Positions 29,301 to 44,633 of a DNA stretch of 64,000 nucleotides are shown here, in pieces. Positions within the stretch are counted from its first letter, which is position 1, and every line of letters begins with the position of its first letter. The translations under genes and the position numbers were made by a program. Below the pieces are notes generated by a model. That model saw only the letters and a program-made list of their open reading frames with translations. It searched no databases and was not told where the DNA came from. Source of the stretch: Veleropilina oligotropha (taxonomy: Eukaryota); the NCBI GenBank assembly GCA_048128005.1, contig JBEUKZ010000115.1, positions 1 to 64,000 on the forward strand, read 5' to 3'.

Positions 29301-32300
29301 TGTATGACGACGGTATCAATGTATGATGACGGTATTGATGTACGACGATGGTATCGATGTACGACGATGGTATCGATGTACGACGACGGTATCGATGTAT
29401 GACGACGATATCAATGTACGACGACGATATCAATGTATGACGACGATATCAATGTACGACGACGACATCAATGTACGACGACGATATCAATGTACGACGA
29501 CGATATCAATGTACGACGACGATATCAATGTACGACGACGATATCAATGTACGACGACGATATCACTGTATGGCGACGGTATTAATGTATGACGACGGTA
29601 TCAATGTATAACGACGATATCAATGAACGACGACGATATCAATGAACGACGACGATATCAATGTACGACGACGATATCAATGTATGACGACGATATCAAT
29701 ATATGATGACGGTATCAATGTATGACGATTCAAAATCAGCGTTGAACCGTGAAAGCGGTGAGAAGTCGCTAAGTTCCGAAATCTTTCAGGAGGATTTCTG
29801 TCATTTCTGGAGAAGGCCATTTCAAAGGTACTGATTTCGAGAGTAATTTACTCTCGGCGGTAGGTATCACATGTTTGTATTCATGGGTTCTCCTATCTGG
29901 TGAGTACAATAAGCAAGTAAACACGAGTGATACAAGAATGCACAGCAAAATTACGTCATCTTATTAACGACTTCTGCGATTATGATGCATAATCAATAAT
30001 GTTGATATGAATGTCCTGATGTTGTAGAATAGATTGTTCAAGGTCCTAAAGGATGATTTTATAAGTCATATATTTTACTTACTTTTAGGACTTTTTGAAA
30101 CAGTAAATTTCCGATGTTTACACTAATATCAAATGGATTTGGTCACGTGATGGTCATTCTTGCGAGAAATTTACTGTTTCAAAAATTCCTAAAAGTAAGT
30201 AAAATGACTTATAACAAGAGGCCTATCGGCCTAGAGAGCTCCGCTAAAGGCCCGTTCCCACAACGCGGGCGACGCGAGCGACACAACGCCATGAGCATTT
30301 TTTAAGGCCCATGCCAAATTAGACAAGAAGTTATTAGACAGATTTTAAGAAATTTATTGAAATCTGAAATATTGAAAACAAACATGAATATCGATAAGAC
30401 CGAGATTATTATTATTTTTTTTTTCCGCACAGTACATTCAGAACATCATAAGGCTCATGTCAAATTAGAAAAAATGTTATCAAACAGTTTTTGAGATATT
30501 GACTGAAATATGAAAAATGGCCTCAAAAACAGACGAACAAACGTGAATATCGGGACAACCGAGACGTAGAAATTTTTTATTTTCACACAGTATATTCAGA
30601 ACATCATAGGGAAGGCTCATGCCAAATTAGAAAAAAAGTTATCAAACAGTTGTTGAGATATTGACTGAAATATGAAAAATGGCCTCAAAAACAGACGAAC
30701 AAACGTGAATATCGGGACAACCGAGACGTAGACATTTTTAATTTTCACACAGTATATTCAGAACATCATAAGGAAGGCTCATGCCAAATTAGAAAAAAAG
30801 TTATCAGACAGTTTTTCAGATATTGACTGAAATCTGACAAATTGACAACAAACAGACAAACAAACATGAATATCAGGAAAACGGAGACGTAGAATGTTTT
30901 AATATTTCGTGAGTACATGCTGAACATCATAAGGAAGACTCATACCAAATTAGAAAAAAAGTTATCAGACAGTTTTGGAGATATATGCATTTGAAGTCAA
31001 ATGGAGACGCCGGACGGACGACGGACGACGGACGACGGACGCCGGACAACTCGGTATTAGAATAGCTCCGCTGACTGGCGTCATAGCGGAGCTAACAATG
31101 CCATGATGTTCTTTGTATTATCAGTGAATTCTGGAGTGAAACCAACACATTAAAATAAATCATAAGCAACAAATAAGAACACATACGCGCGTACATTGTT
31201 ACATACGCGCGTATATTGTTATATACATGCGTATATTGTTACATACGCGCGTTTATTGTTATATACGCAAGTATATTGTTACATACGTGCGTATATTGTT
31301 ACATATGCACGTATATTGTTACATACGCACGTATATTGTTACATACGTGCATATATTGTTACATACATGCGTATATTGTTACATACGCGCGTATATTGTT
31401 ACATACACGCATATATTGTTACATACACGCATATATTGTTACATACGTGCGTATATTGTTACATACGCGTGTATATTGTTACATACACGCGTATATTGTT
31501 ACATACGTGCGTATATTGTTACATACGTGCATATATTGTTACATACAAGCATATATTGTTACATAGGTGCGTATATATGTTTTAAAATTTTTCGCTAAAT
31601 GTAAATTACGGTCAATGCAACCAAAAGCAGCATTTTATGGTAAAGTTTGAATTAAATTACCTTCAATATTACTAAGGTAGGGTCAGGTAACAATGAAATA
31701 GTGATATCTAACATATAGCTATCCCAAAACATGACTATAGTTGCTTATTTAGCATCATTGAGAAACTTTATCAACCAGAACCAATTGTTGACGCCGGTCA
31801 GATGGACACACGAATCCATTACGTAGACTCGTAGTTGAGTTGCATGTGAGCCAAAAAGCTTTCGTCACGAATCCATTAGCAGGACCTACCTACTGCCGCA
31901 TAGTCTGGCGTGCGCGGATCGCCATGGAGACGGCTGCGGACGTGATACGACTGCTCAGCCCAGGGAGGCAGCCACCAGGTGCCGGGGAGTGTTGCATTCT
32001 GGTTGTTGGCGTAGTCGTACGGGTCAGGGTACAGGATCACGCCGATAGCTCCGTTATCCTCTGCATGCTTCACCTAAAACGAGTGGGACCCACTCCTGTT
32101 AGACAGAGCAGTCAAGCGTGTGAATTCAAAGTCTGTCCTCTTATCCACTCGGCTACCCATGCGCCCATCAATTAGGCAAATATACGAACACCAAATTCAT
32201 TTGAAAGTGAAATAAGCACTTCGTGGTTCATTGCACTATATTTAGTAATATGTGATTTCAAGGTCATACAATATGACCATTGCAGTGTGCTTTGTTAATT

Positions 32301-35300
32301 GGAGAATTTATAGCTCTTTGATTATTATCAATTGCAAGCACCTGCAGATTTTGCCTTGATTTTGTTAGTTGATATTAAACTAAATTTAAACAACTTTCCA
32401 GTCATATTGTAGTCTGGACCCCAGGTTTAATGTCTCACTCTCTATCTCTGTATTCCTTTGAGTACTATTGTATTATTGTGAAAATTTCAGGTTCACTATA
32501 AACATTGTTGGTATAAATTACCAGATTCCAATAAGATAGAGGGGATCTCACATTCGTGGTCATTTAATATCACATTTATGAAACGAGTTAACTAATTTTC
32601 ATATTTTCCGAGGTTTCACCAAGGAAAATATGAAAATTAGTTAACGAGTTTCATAAATGTGATATTAAATGATCACGAATGTGAGATTCTTTTTATCATA
32701 TATCTGAAAGTTATAAGGAAACAAGCTGTACAACGTTGCTTTTAATTTTGTTGACTCCTTCTAACATACCAAAATTATGCGACGTAGTAATATTGCAGAA
32801 GGTGAAATTTGTAAATGTGACAGTGGAATTGTGTGAAAAATAATCCTGTTATTACCCACTCTATAAATTATAAAGAGCAACAAATGTTGTTACGAAAAGA
32901 ACAGTCGCTTTATCAATATTATACTATTCCAACAAGTTCTATTCAAAGAACATGAAATGCGTGTCGCACGTGACTATGTATGTCGATTTCACCTCGTATC
33001 GAATTAGATGTCGGCACAATTTGTCGTCTGCTGTCGACGAAGGTACGTTTGCTTACATATAAAGCATATGAACAATAACAAAATGGTCGGCTTTGTATAT
33101 GTTAACAATTATAAAAAAAATTTCCAGAATAATTTTGTCAAAATGCAAAAGTTAATTTTTATTTAAAATAAGTTCGAATCGACGACCAATATGGCGGTAT
33201 AATGACTGAAATGTACACCAATCAGATTGCATAGCAGAAACTAAATTGCAAACTTGGCTTACTACGTTGTATTTTGTATGCTATGACTATCGGAAGTTAA
33301 ACGATCTTACCTGGATGATTGCACTTAATATTTCAACTAAATATTGGTCATTAGTTCCGGTATTTTCCCTTGACCGTGGCCATGTTTTTCTGATCGATTA
33401 AATCGCATATTGCCGAAATCGCATGGTAAAAATAGTCCGATACGCTATAAATGACCTTGTATGACCCGATCTGTCATTGGATGTTATTCTGTTTCATTGA
33501 TAAAATTGTCCAATCAAAATTATAAAAGAGAGTCGATAGTACACTCTTAGGAGTGTAATATCGATTTTAATACACACTTTGGCGCTACGTAAAAAGACCC
33601 GGATATATGATAAATATAAGAACCCACCTTACTGCCTGGATAGATTTTTCCATATCGAATAAGAACCAGTTTTCCAGCTACAGTTATATTCAACTCTTTC
33701 AGATGCACGAAATCTTCATGTCGACCATAATTTCCATGCACAAGCTGGCCCTGAAAATACAAACACGTTCTTCTCATTGCCAGTCGTATTGTATTACAAT
33801 ATATTATTGTTGACTTTGTCTTGGAGGATGAAATTATTTACCAGTTCTGCAGGAGACAATCATGTGACCAAATCGGGCCAATCAGATGAGTGGACATACA
33901 CAGTTGTATAACGGTACACTGCAATATTGTTATTTATATTTCATGTCAGTAATTTTCGTGTCTTGTATTTCATATGCAGAAGATTAGACTACTAGGAAAT
34001 ATTAATCCTTGAACTTCATGTAGTGAGCATAAATTACAGAATATTGCATAATTTATAACTAGCATAGTGAGGAAGTGAAGTATAGTCTACACCACGAGGT
34101 TTGGTGATCTTATCAGAGAAGCCCGCCATTAAATCACTAGGCGCGTTGCACCGAGTTGTTGAACTGCATGGGTTTCTTTGATTAGACAACAAAACGAAAT
34201 GATATCATTGCAAAAAGGTAAAATAAATTCAAGTATACGATTTAAACAAAGTAATGAACTCATTATTATTGTATGAAATTAATTTTCCATGATCTAACTA
34301 ACATGAGGTTTTTAAGTAAACCTAATATTAGTATAAAACATACTTACATCCTTACTCTTGCCATAATAGTCATATTATCGCCAACCGGAAACAGTGAATA
34401 ATGTCACATTTATGCACTATTAAGTCAAAACACTATGATTACCTCCCCTGCTCCCCCTCTCTACTGAGTTCCCCCGGCGAGATCTCGCCAAGTCTCGCGA
34501 GATATCCGAGCTCGAGATCACAAGACCTCAATTCAAAGTTCAGAACCCCAAAGGAACTTAGTAAGAGGGGAGGAATGCGAAAGCGCAGGGTGGGTAATCG
34601 TAGTAAGGACGTAAGTATGTTTTATACTAATATTAGGTTTACTTAAAAACCTCATATGTAGTTACAAACATACTTACGTCCTTACTCTTGCCAGAATGAC
34701 CTTGGATAGGTGGGTAAGAAGTTCCTTACAACAAACCCAAACAAGATTATGACTTACTTTTCACCATCTCAATCAGCATGAAGCGTCGATTGTGTCCGCT
34801 CAGAGTGGAATCTGCTGAGTATTATATTCCACTCTTACCCGGTGAGAATCTCGACCAGTGAAACCGGGAGAATACGCCGTGGTGTTAGTCGGACAAGGTG
34901 AACGGAAGTGCAATAAGCCCCAGGCACGGCCGGAAGGAAGATCCTTGTAGGCCTTACGTGTCATGGACCAGTGGCAGCCAACTGGTACTCCGGGCCATAG
35001 GCCGGTAGCCAGAGGAAGCAGTCGGATTTGTAGGCACACGGAACCTATAGTTAGGCTGTGAATACATCAAATCTTAAGCAAAGAATTAATAGATTATTTA
35101 TAATAATCGATATTAATAAGTGATTCGCATGACCAACTTGCGAATAGCTAACATGAGTACAACATGTTACTTAAAATAAATTTTAAGGAAGCAAATATTA
35201 AAATGTTTTCAATGTCTTGAACATCGTATGTTCTTTGTAACAGCCTAGAACATCAATAATATTGAACCTCAAAATTCTATAAGACGTTTTTGCAATATAA

Positions 35301-38300
35301 ATGTTTATTAAATTCAATGTGAACTGGCCTGTCAAAATACTCAGGTATGACATGAAAGTATCAAGATCTTAAAATGTTTTTAAGAAATGAACATACATTG
35401 AATCGCCTTATAATGTGTCTATTTCATAGAACAGCAAGGCATGACAAATAACATTGCGTCAGCACGAAGTATTAAATTGATAAATCAAGAAACAATACTC
35501 ACTGATTAGACGACCTTTGTCTAATAATACATCGTTGAGCAGTTAGACTGCTCAACCCATCAGCCCCTGGAGTAATCCCGCAGGAAATGATTAACAAATA
35601 CATTTCTAGAAGCAACGCTGAGATGTTTAGCTGCGAATGCACGGACCTCGTGCGCGCGGAGCGATACAAATAGTGCGGCCTACTTTTCACAGCGAGAGTA
35701 GTCTCTCACTACTTGTGAAAACCACCGCGAAACAGTCGTCTTCGTAATGTCGCGGGTAAAGAAGGTAAATACGAATAAATATAGACGTAGTTTTCCCTGC
35801 CGCATATCACGGGTCCTGTCGAGGTAGTAACGTAAGGCACGCATATAGTCGGTCCACATCGTGTCTTCCGACCAGCGTAAGCTTTGGGATAACGATATCG
35901 GGGGCGTCTTCGTTCGGCCGTTGATTCTTGGCGAGGAAACCCAAGATAGGACGCCGCATCACCGACCCGTCTGACTGGAAACGAACGTCTCGTAGCTCTG
36001 CGGATAGACTATGAATTTCGGAACAACGCCTGCCCGACGCTAAGGCGATCAGAAAAATCCGTTTTGTGCGTTAAGTTCCTCATAGAGGCCGCGCCCATAG
36101 GCTCGTACGGGTAGAAGGAGAGCGTTAAGAATGAGAACGATGTTTCAGGCTGGCGGCCGTATCGTACGGGTCAGAATTTCGAGTTCGAAGGATCGTATAA
36201 AATCCAAAATCGTTCGGTCGCAAGATAGGCGAACACGGGCACGGCACTCGCGACCGTTGCCCGATAGCCTTTGACGGCGGACACTGACATTCCGCGTTCA
36301 AAGAGCGACGATAAAAACTCGATAACTTGTTCACAGGGGGGCGGAGAATATTGACCTGCCGGCTGTGACACCAATCCACGTAATTGACCCATCGGTAGGG
36401 TATACTTTAGACGTGGAAAGCCTTCTCGATCGGTAGATGCGTAGGGCTGTAGCGCGAGAAAAGCCTTTCTTAGCGAGGGATCGTTCGATAACCGCCCGGC
36501 GTGTAAACGTAAGTCGTCGGCGACGGGTGTAATACACGACTGCGCGTCTGCATTAACAGGTCCGGTCACTGCGGGAGCGCTAACAGTCGATCGACGATCA
36601 GATCGAGGAGGGTCGGAAACCAAGGTTGCGTGCGATACAGGGGCGCGATTAGCGTTATCTCGCAACGTTCGTTCGATGCCTTCTGTACATAGTACGAGTG
36701 TCAGATTGCACGACGGGGGGAAGGCATACGCGGACAGATTCTCCCATGTCATTGACAACGCGTCGACCGCTAGGGCGGCCGGGTCCGGGTACGGGGAGAC
36801 ATACAGAGGTAGTCGGTGATTGAGTTCTGTTGCAAACAGATCGACTTGGGGTTGTGACCACCGGCGACAAACGTCCCGAGCTACTCGGCTGTGTAGCGTC
36901 CACTCTGTGTGTTAATCTGTGATTTCCGAGAGAGCGAGTCCGCTCTGACATTCAGCTTTCCCGGGATGTGTCGGGCTCGTATCGTCGAGTTGAGGGACAT
37001 CACTAGGCGGTGTAGGTCTATTGCTCGGTCGCAAAGGGGACGCGAGCGAGTGCCGCCCTGGTGCTGAATGTAAGCGACGACAGTCGTGTTGTCCGTGGCG
37101 AGCATTATGTGCTTGTTGCGGAGATGTGACGAGAGGGACCGTACTGACAGGTAGACGGCTTCTAACTCTAGGAAGTTGATGTGTCGTCCCTGAAGGTCCG
37201 TCGGCCATAGGCCCGATGTCTCGTAGCTGTCGAGGTGACCACCCCAGCCGTCGTTCGAAGCGTCTGTGAACAGGTAAGCGTTCGGCTCTGGCGGGGATAT
37301 AGGAACCGACTGGTCCGGCAAAGCAGGGTTCAACCACACTGCTGTCGTGCTGGTAAACCAATGCCGAAGATCGATACGATCTGTCCACTGCCCCGTCCGT
37401 CGTATCCAGCGATCTCTGAACGCCTGTTGTAACGGTCGTGTCATTTGACCCGTCGGTAGCAGGGTCGCTACCGACTCGATGTGCCCCAGGATAGTGGCCA
37501 GTTGTCGCGCCGTAGTTATCTCCGATGACAGGGTGTCTTGAATAACCGCGCGTAGGTTCCGTATACATTTCTGGGTCGGCTTCGCGGTGTACCGGACCGT
37601 GTCGAAGTCGACTCCGAGAAACGTAAACGTCTTGGAGGGCACGAAGCCGGATTTTGTCTCGTTGATCTGAAATCCCAGGCGCTTCGCCGATGACAGGGTA
37701 ACGCTCGTAGACCGGTGGCACAGATCCCGGGGCGCCCCGAGGATCAGCCAGTCGTCGAGGTACATATGTATACCCTGTTCCCTAGAGAGTGTAGGAAGGC
37801 CCCGAGGGCCTGTAATGTTCTCGTGAAGACGTACGGGGCTGACGATAGACCGAACGGTAGGCACCTGTTGGTAGATCGTCTCCCCGTGTATACACCGAGG
37901 GTACTGATGAGCCGTGATATGCATCGGGACATGCAGATACGCGTCGGTCGGATCGATAGACGTTGCCCAGTCGCCCGGACGGATGGCCGCTCGTATCTTC
38001 GAGAGGGTTTCTTGCTGGAATTTCTCGGTGGAAGATATCAGTGAGATACGAGAGATCGAGGATCGGTCGCCAGCGGCCATCGGGTTTCGGGTTTCGGGAC
38101 CAGGAAGAAATGGCTGTAAAATCCTGGTGTGCTGGGCGGCGCGGGATATATCGCTCCTTAGGAGTAAATCCCGCACTGCCTGGTCTAAGACCGCTTGCTT
38201 CTCTCCATGAAGGAGGCGAGCGTGTCTTGGTGGTGGTGCCTCGGTTAGGGTCGGATGCCGGTTGAATGCCAACTTGTATCCGGCACTCACGACTGAGTGG

Positions 38301-41300
38301 ACCCAGCTGCTGTCTGTTAGTCTACCCACGGCTGGCTGTACGCTAACCGACACGCTCCCACCGGCGGAAGCGGGCAGCTGGGACCGTCGCGAATGTCGGC
38401 AGCCCTAGGGCCGAGGCTTCCCTCTCCCGCTCTGACGGGATTTCGTTGGAGGTGCTTGCCTCCTCTGGGTGGGTTTATTGGCCGGGGGCCTACCACCAGA
38501 AGAGGGCCTTGCACGCTTGGAAGGCTTCGGGGTCCGGGTGGGCCCTGAACGCTTCCTCGAGTCGGCGGGTGGACCCCGGGGGGTGTAGCACCGCCTTCTC
38601 GATGGCATGGTCCTTGAGGTCCGCCGCTCTTGTCGACGAATTCCGAGAAATTGTCGCAAAAAAGAGTGGTGGCCGAGCGAGGCACGCATCGCAATGAGCG
38701 CCGGGTGGCCTCATCTAGCGAGGTGCCTTCCAGGCAAGCGTCCCTACGAAGTAGGAGTGCGTTACCCAGGACACGTCCCGTCTCCAACGCGCTGGTCTCC
38801 ATCACGGCAGCAACCTCCTGGAGGAAGGACAGGGCTGCCCACGGGCGCCGGGTCCTTCCTACTGTAATACGGCTATCGCCCCGTCTAGGAAAATCCTGAA
38901 CGGACGACAGCCGCAGAGCCCATCGGGCGGAGCTCTCGAAAGATACCAAGGCGGACCAAGGAACTTTCGCCACAGAGGGAGTGTGACTGGCGGTCAGTCG
39001 ACGCATCGCTGCGTCTACACGAGCCGGCACAGTCGTCAGGCACGGACCAGTACATGCGAACGGGATCGAACGCGAACTGGCCCGGAGGTACCTCCCACTA
39101 CGGAACCCGAAGGGAACTCGGTCAGCAGGGAGGACTCCACCGGATTGCGCCCCTGAATGAGCTTCGTTGTCGAGTCGACCACTAGATCAACAAGCCCAGA
39201 CTGAGGTAAGGAAGGAAGCACGGGGGCTTCCTTCGCAACAAACCGATGTGCCGCCGTCCTGTGCTTGACCGAGCCTACGTCCGACCGAGTCGGTTCCGGC
39301 AGGCCAAGCACCCCGCGAAGCGACGCAACAGCGTCTAGCCTTCGGCGGGTGGTGGAGGTCGGCTCCTGCGTGCCTGAAAGACTAACGTCTTCGGGCCCGA
39401 CCGATACAGGGAGGTCGGGGTGAGTGGAGTCGAGGTCCCCGTAAACGAGGGCCGATCTCCATCACGGAGGCAGGAGCCGTGCTCTGCGCCACGGGCAGAG
39501 GTGTAGGGACCTGGAGCGGCTGGGAAGCCGGTTGCCAGACCCGACATCGGGACTCGAACTCCGCCGCGAACATAGCCTGGAAGTTCTCGTACGAGAAACC
39601 CGGAGGCATGACGGGCATCGAACTAACAGCCGGTAGTTCGGTCAAAGTCACCGTGGCGCTATGTTGACGGGCTGCACGGACAGGTGGAGCCGAGAACCAG
39701 GTTCTCGGGTCACCCGTCGAGCGGTCGTACCCGAAGGAATGGCCCGAAGGCGCATTCAGTGGGACGGGCGACCTGTCGGACTGCGGCCACAGTCCGTACT
39801 GGTCTACCGCTCTGTTCGAGCGAGGCACGGTCGGATCACCGTAAAACCTCGTCCCGAACGCAGCCGGTCTGTCCACGTTATCTAGCGTGACCATCGTGGG
39901 TGCACGGGAGAGAACGGGCCCTCTGAAAACGTCGTGAGCTCCGAGGTTGAGCGGAAAAACCCAAGGGTTAGTCGCGTCGGTCTCGGACGAGGTTTCAGGT
40001 GTCGCCAATTGTCCGGATCTTAGACCATCGTAATGGTGTCCGGCCTCTTTAAAGGCTTTCTCATTGGGTTGCTCTCCGTCGTTAAACGGAGAGTTTCCCG
40101 CAGAAGGACTAACGTATCCCGTATTCTTCGAGGCCGAAGAATAGGAGGGGGATCGTCTGCCCTGTTCAGCGGTTCGCTGCGCTGCCAGATATACCTTGCT
40201 AGCCGGCAAGGTATGGTTGGCTGCAGTTACTAGGCCCGTTTGAGGAGGATCGAACAGCGCTCGGGCTCCTACCTGAATCTGGGGTCCCGGCAAGGTTTCG
40301 GCGACTCCCCCATGAGTCGCGGAGGTTTTGCCGGTAGATCCGGCGACAGACGGTATTCCCTTTTGGTCGACTGTCGGCCAGCGTCCCTGAAGTAGACAAA
40401 CGTTAATTCCCTTTAACCTACCATTTTGTCCCTTCCGGGGGAGAACCCACCGTGGTAACCGCCTGGTCGGCTTCACCGGTGGATAAGATCGCCCACTGCC
40501 TCTCTGTTAATCCTAGGCACAGTTCACATTTATAAGTTTTACTTACCAGTGAACACGGCATTCCGTGTGCCTATCAAATCCGTGAATCTACTGGTTACAC
40601 CCGGAGTTGAATGCCCCGGACCATAGCTAATACACGGGAGGGTGATAGTGGGTGGAACGGGGTAGTTAAGAAAGTATATGTTTGGTAGTTGTGACTTTAC
40701 TACTACAACCCTTAAGATTGTACCTAATCTGAAGATCGGAGATCAGACGATATACGCGATAGCGACGCAACAGCGTCGAAAATAACCCCGAGCTGGGAAC
40801 ACCGAGGCCGGGTAATAAAACCCGGCAATAGACTAAAACAGGGGGGCTTTTTCTTAGAAAAAAACGCCCGATAAAACACCTGAAAACCTCGTGGATGTTT
40901 GTTAAAATTAGTACGGTGGTGCAGTATCCCAGTAACGGCAGGATATCAGAATAACTAACGTTGATTTCTAAACAATCCTGCCTTTCAGCGACGTTAAGTA
41001 TTTATACAATAATTACCAGCAATAAACGTCGCTAAGGAATTATCCAATATAATGAGTTACCTTTCTTCTTTGAGAAGTCTCAAATAATACCAGATATATA
41101 TACCGACCAGAAATTTCCTTATGCTAACGAAACTTCCCCTCTGAGCGGCCCATGCTTTTATCGGCAATCATGCCGCAATGGCGGCGATGTCGGTTTCACA
41201 ATCTTTCACAACTTTCTTCGAAGTCCAGATTATAAATCCTCTGTATTCACTGATGTTTATTTCTCATCCACAGGGTAATATCCAATGCTTATAACTATGT

Positions 41301-44300
41301 TGTTATAAGTAGTTTATCGTCTTAGATTTAAACGTATAAATCGCCAGACAGAATATATATTTGCGGAGCAAAACAAAACACGTTTTTCCACTATGGCGGA
41401 AAACTTTGAATTGAGGTCTTGTGATCTCGAGCTCGGATATCTCGCGAGACTTGGCGAGATCTCGCCGGGGGAACTCAGTAGAGAGGGGGAGCAGGGGAGG
41501 TAATCGTAGTGTTTTGACTTAATAGTGCATAAATCAAAATGTGACATTATTCACTGTTTCCGGTTGGCGATAATATGACTATTATGGCAAGAGTAAGGAC
41601 GTAAGTATGTTTGTAACTACATACTATGGTTATTTAAACCACGGGTCAAGACAATAGAATGACGCCTTAACAATGGTTTAAGCATAGATTAATCTGCGCC
41701 AAGTTGACTGTGTAAGTCATAGAAATCCATCAATCTCTTGACATAAACCGACTCACACAATGTGCCAGAACCTGTGTTTGATATGCATTGATTACAAGAC
41801 AAATACTATCGACGTGAGAAAGAAAATGTACCCCACGATCAATGATGGTCATGTTTTATTGACCAATCCAGATTATCTGCTGTGTTCTGGCTTAGTGCTT
41901 TTCATTGAGATGGAAACTGTACTACTTCTATACGCCAGTGCATCTGATAAATCAATTTTCAAATACATGTACATCGATTCTGACTACAATGTATACACGT
42001 CATGTTCACTATAGGTTGTACAAAGAGAAAACAATACGTCAATCAGCATCTGATAATATTCAAGGATTACTTTCATTAGGCTTTCTATTATCACTTAGCA
42101 GGCTTTCCATTATCTGACGTAATATTATCGCTGTTCCCGTGTGAATGGTGATTGTCATCTGCATAATCTCATTAATGAGGAATACAGTAGCAAATCCACT
42201 GATATCGGCAATACTGATAATGACAAGATTTCAACCGCAAACAGGGCCGCACAATGAATTAAAACAGGAAATTAATAATAAACGTTCAATACCTCAGCAG
42301 TAATCGACGGCGAATACGCATTAAATGGCCGATACTCCGGGTGCTCATTTGTGGCATTTGCGTCTTCCGAGTGAAAGAGCTCTGTGCCATCGGTAGAATT
42401 AACGGTGATTTCACTTGGATTTATCCTGGTAAAAAAGGAGATCAACTACATATTTATACACACATATAATCCAAGGATGGCAGATCTCAACCTGATGATG
42501 ATGTACTTTAATAAACATGAACAACCATGAATAACATTATGTTGCAATATAATAAAAAGCCGGAAACCAGATCCAAGTTATACATTAAATGTCCAGAAAA
42601 TAGTGTTATATTGATATCAGCTAAAGTATGGTCAGATCTTGAGTGTTTGACCATAGGACCGGTATTTAGCAACCAATAATGATCATACCAGGACAAGTCT
42701 ATAATATCATCCAGTCAACCCAATCAGCTATGGTCAGTTATGGACCACCTTGACAGAAAACTCCACGAAGTCTCAGAGGATTTAACACCACTCCTTTGAA
42801 GACAGTGTTGTCAGTATGAGTGAATTTGTAGTGATGCAAACCACTGAGATGTCATGTTGTAGACAAACTATGTCAAATGATAGATATTAGCCTTAATTAT
42901 ACAGATTTAAATTGGATCTGTTAAGTTTTACAACGACATCTTAACAAATTTTGAGTCGTAGTCAAGGCCCTGATTTAATATCACCATCTCGCAACCAGAT
43001 CCTGTATGCATTGAAGATAACATACATGAGGACAAGTCCCGAAGCTGGCGTCATGGGCCAGCATCATAGCGACTAATCCACGCTGCTCCAGCATCATATA
43101 TATATAGCCACTAATCCACGCTGCTCCATTATAAGTACTCTATGTGCTACTCTTACATGTCAGGATACGACAAGGTGACCCTGTATTCCTTCTTTTTCAC
43201 CGAGTGGATGCCATTTATCTTCCAGATCTTCTGCACATAGTTCGTCAGCTCGACGGTTCTAGCAGTCGCGGCGAATTGGACATCTTTGACGATCAACCTA
43301 AGATTCTAGAATATTTTATTTCAAAATATTGCATACTTCCAGGAAGCAAATATTGGAACATATTATTCGTTAGATTTGCCAACAAATATTGCTAACTTCT
43401 ACACACCATCTATAGAAAAGCATATTTCCATGCTTGCCATGGTGACTTATACACCTACTTGTCATTTTGTAAAATATACATATTTAAAAATACTATATAA
43501 ACACTATAAATCACCACTTGATTGGTCCTTATATTTGAATTATATATCAAACGACGGCTGTTGATGTATTTTTGTGCACTATTTAGAACTATGGATGGGC
43601 AGATAGACTCACTGGAGAGAATCTTTATAACTGGCAGGAAAATTCAGTTTGTCTCGAAGTTCTCTTCCCACTTTCTCAAGGTCATCCTGAAACAAAAATA
43701 GCAACCAGTATTGTTTTATGGAAACTTTGCATTGACAAGTAGAAGAGTTGTTTTTGTGTAAAAAAACATTTGTCTCACCATTTGAGAAATCATTCCACAC
43801 TGTCACTCAGACCCTCATGAAATTCCAAAAGTCACAACTTATTGAAAATTAATAAGAGACCAAAAATTTTTATCGTCCTGCACATGCTTAAAGTGGATAC
43901 GATTTGAAATCTTGAAGAACAAGCCAGGACACGATGTGGGGATCAAATTAAAGATCATTACGGCAAGATGAAAGGTCATTTTGGGGAAATTTCGCCGCCT
44001 TGCACAATGTCATGTAAGGGGTGAATAATATATGAAAGGAAATCATGCTGGCATGTATAGGATCTGAGATATAGGCAGGAAAAAGTCTGTTTTCTTTAAA
44101 GTACATTCTTACCTCTGTGACCTTGATCTAATTGACCAATCAACAAAACTTAATATTGTTATACAATGTACTCACTCTCAGGAAAATCATTCGTGAAAAA
44201 AAATAAGAAAAACAATAAAATATAACAAGAACGACGCGTTCGAAATATGTCTTGACCTTTCTTTATTTCCCTCAAATTTTCATAACAGTTAATACAATGG

Positions 44301-44584
44301 CTAAGTGCAAGTACTTCATGGCTTAAATTACTACCCCGTCGAATGTGACGTCACCAAATGCCGATTAATCTAAAGCGACGTCATAATGACGTCATTGCTA
44401 TTTGCTTGCAATATTAGACATCAGTTACATACGAATATGGATTAAAGTGCTCAATAAATGCATATTTTTGCAAAATTGTGTCGCGAAAGTTATATACACG
44501 ACCTACAAATACTCTTGGGAATGTGTGTACCAGTTTTGGTGAAAATTGACCTGGTAGTTTTCAAATAAATCGACGGATATATAT

Positions 44585-44633
<49 letters not shown>

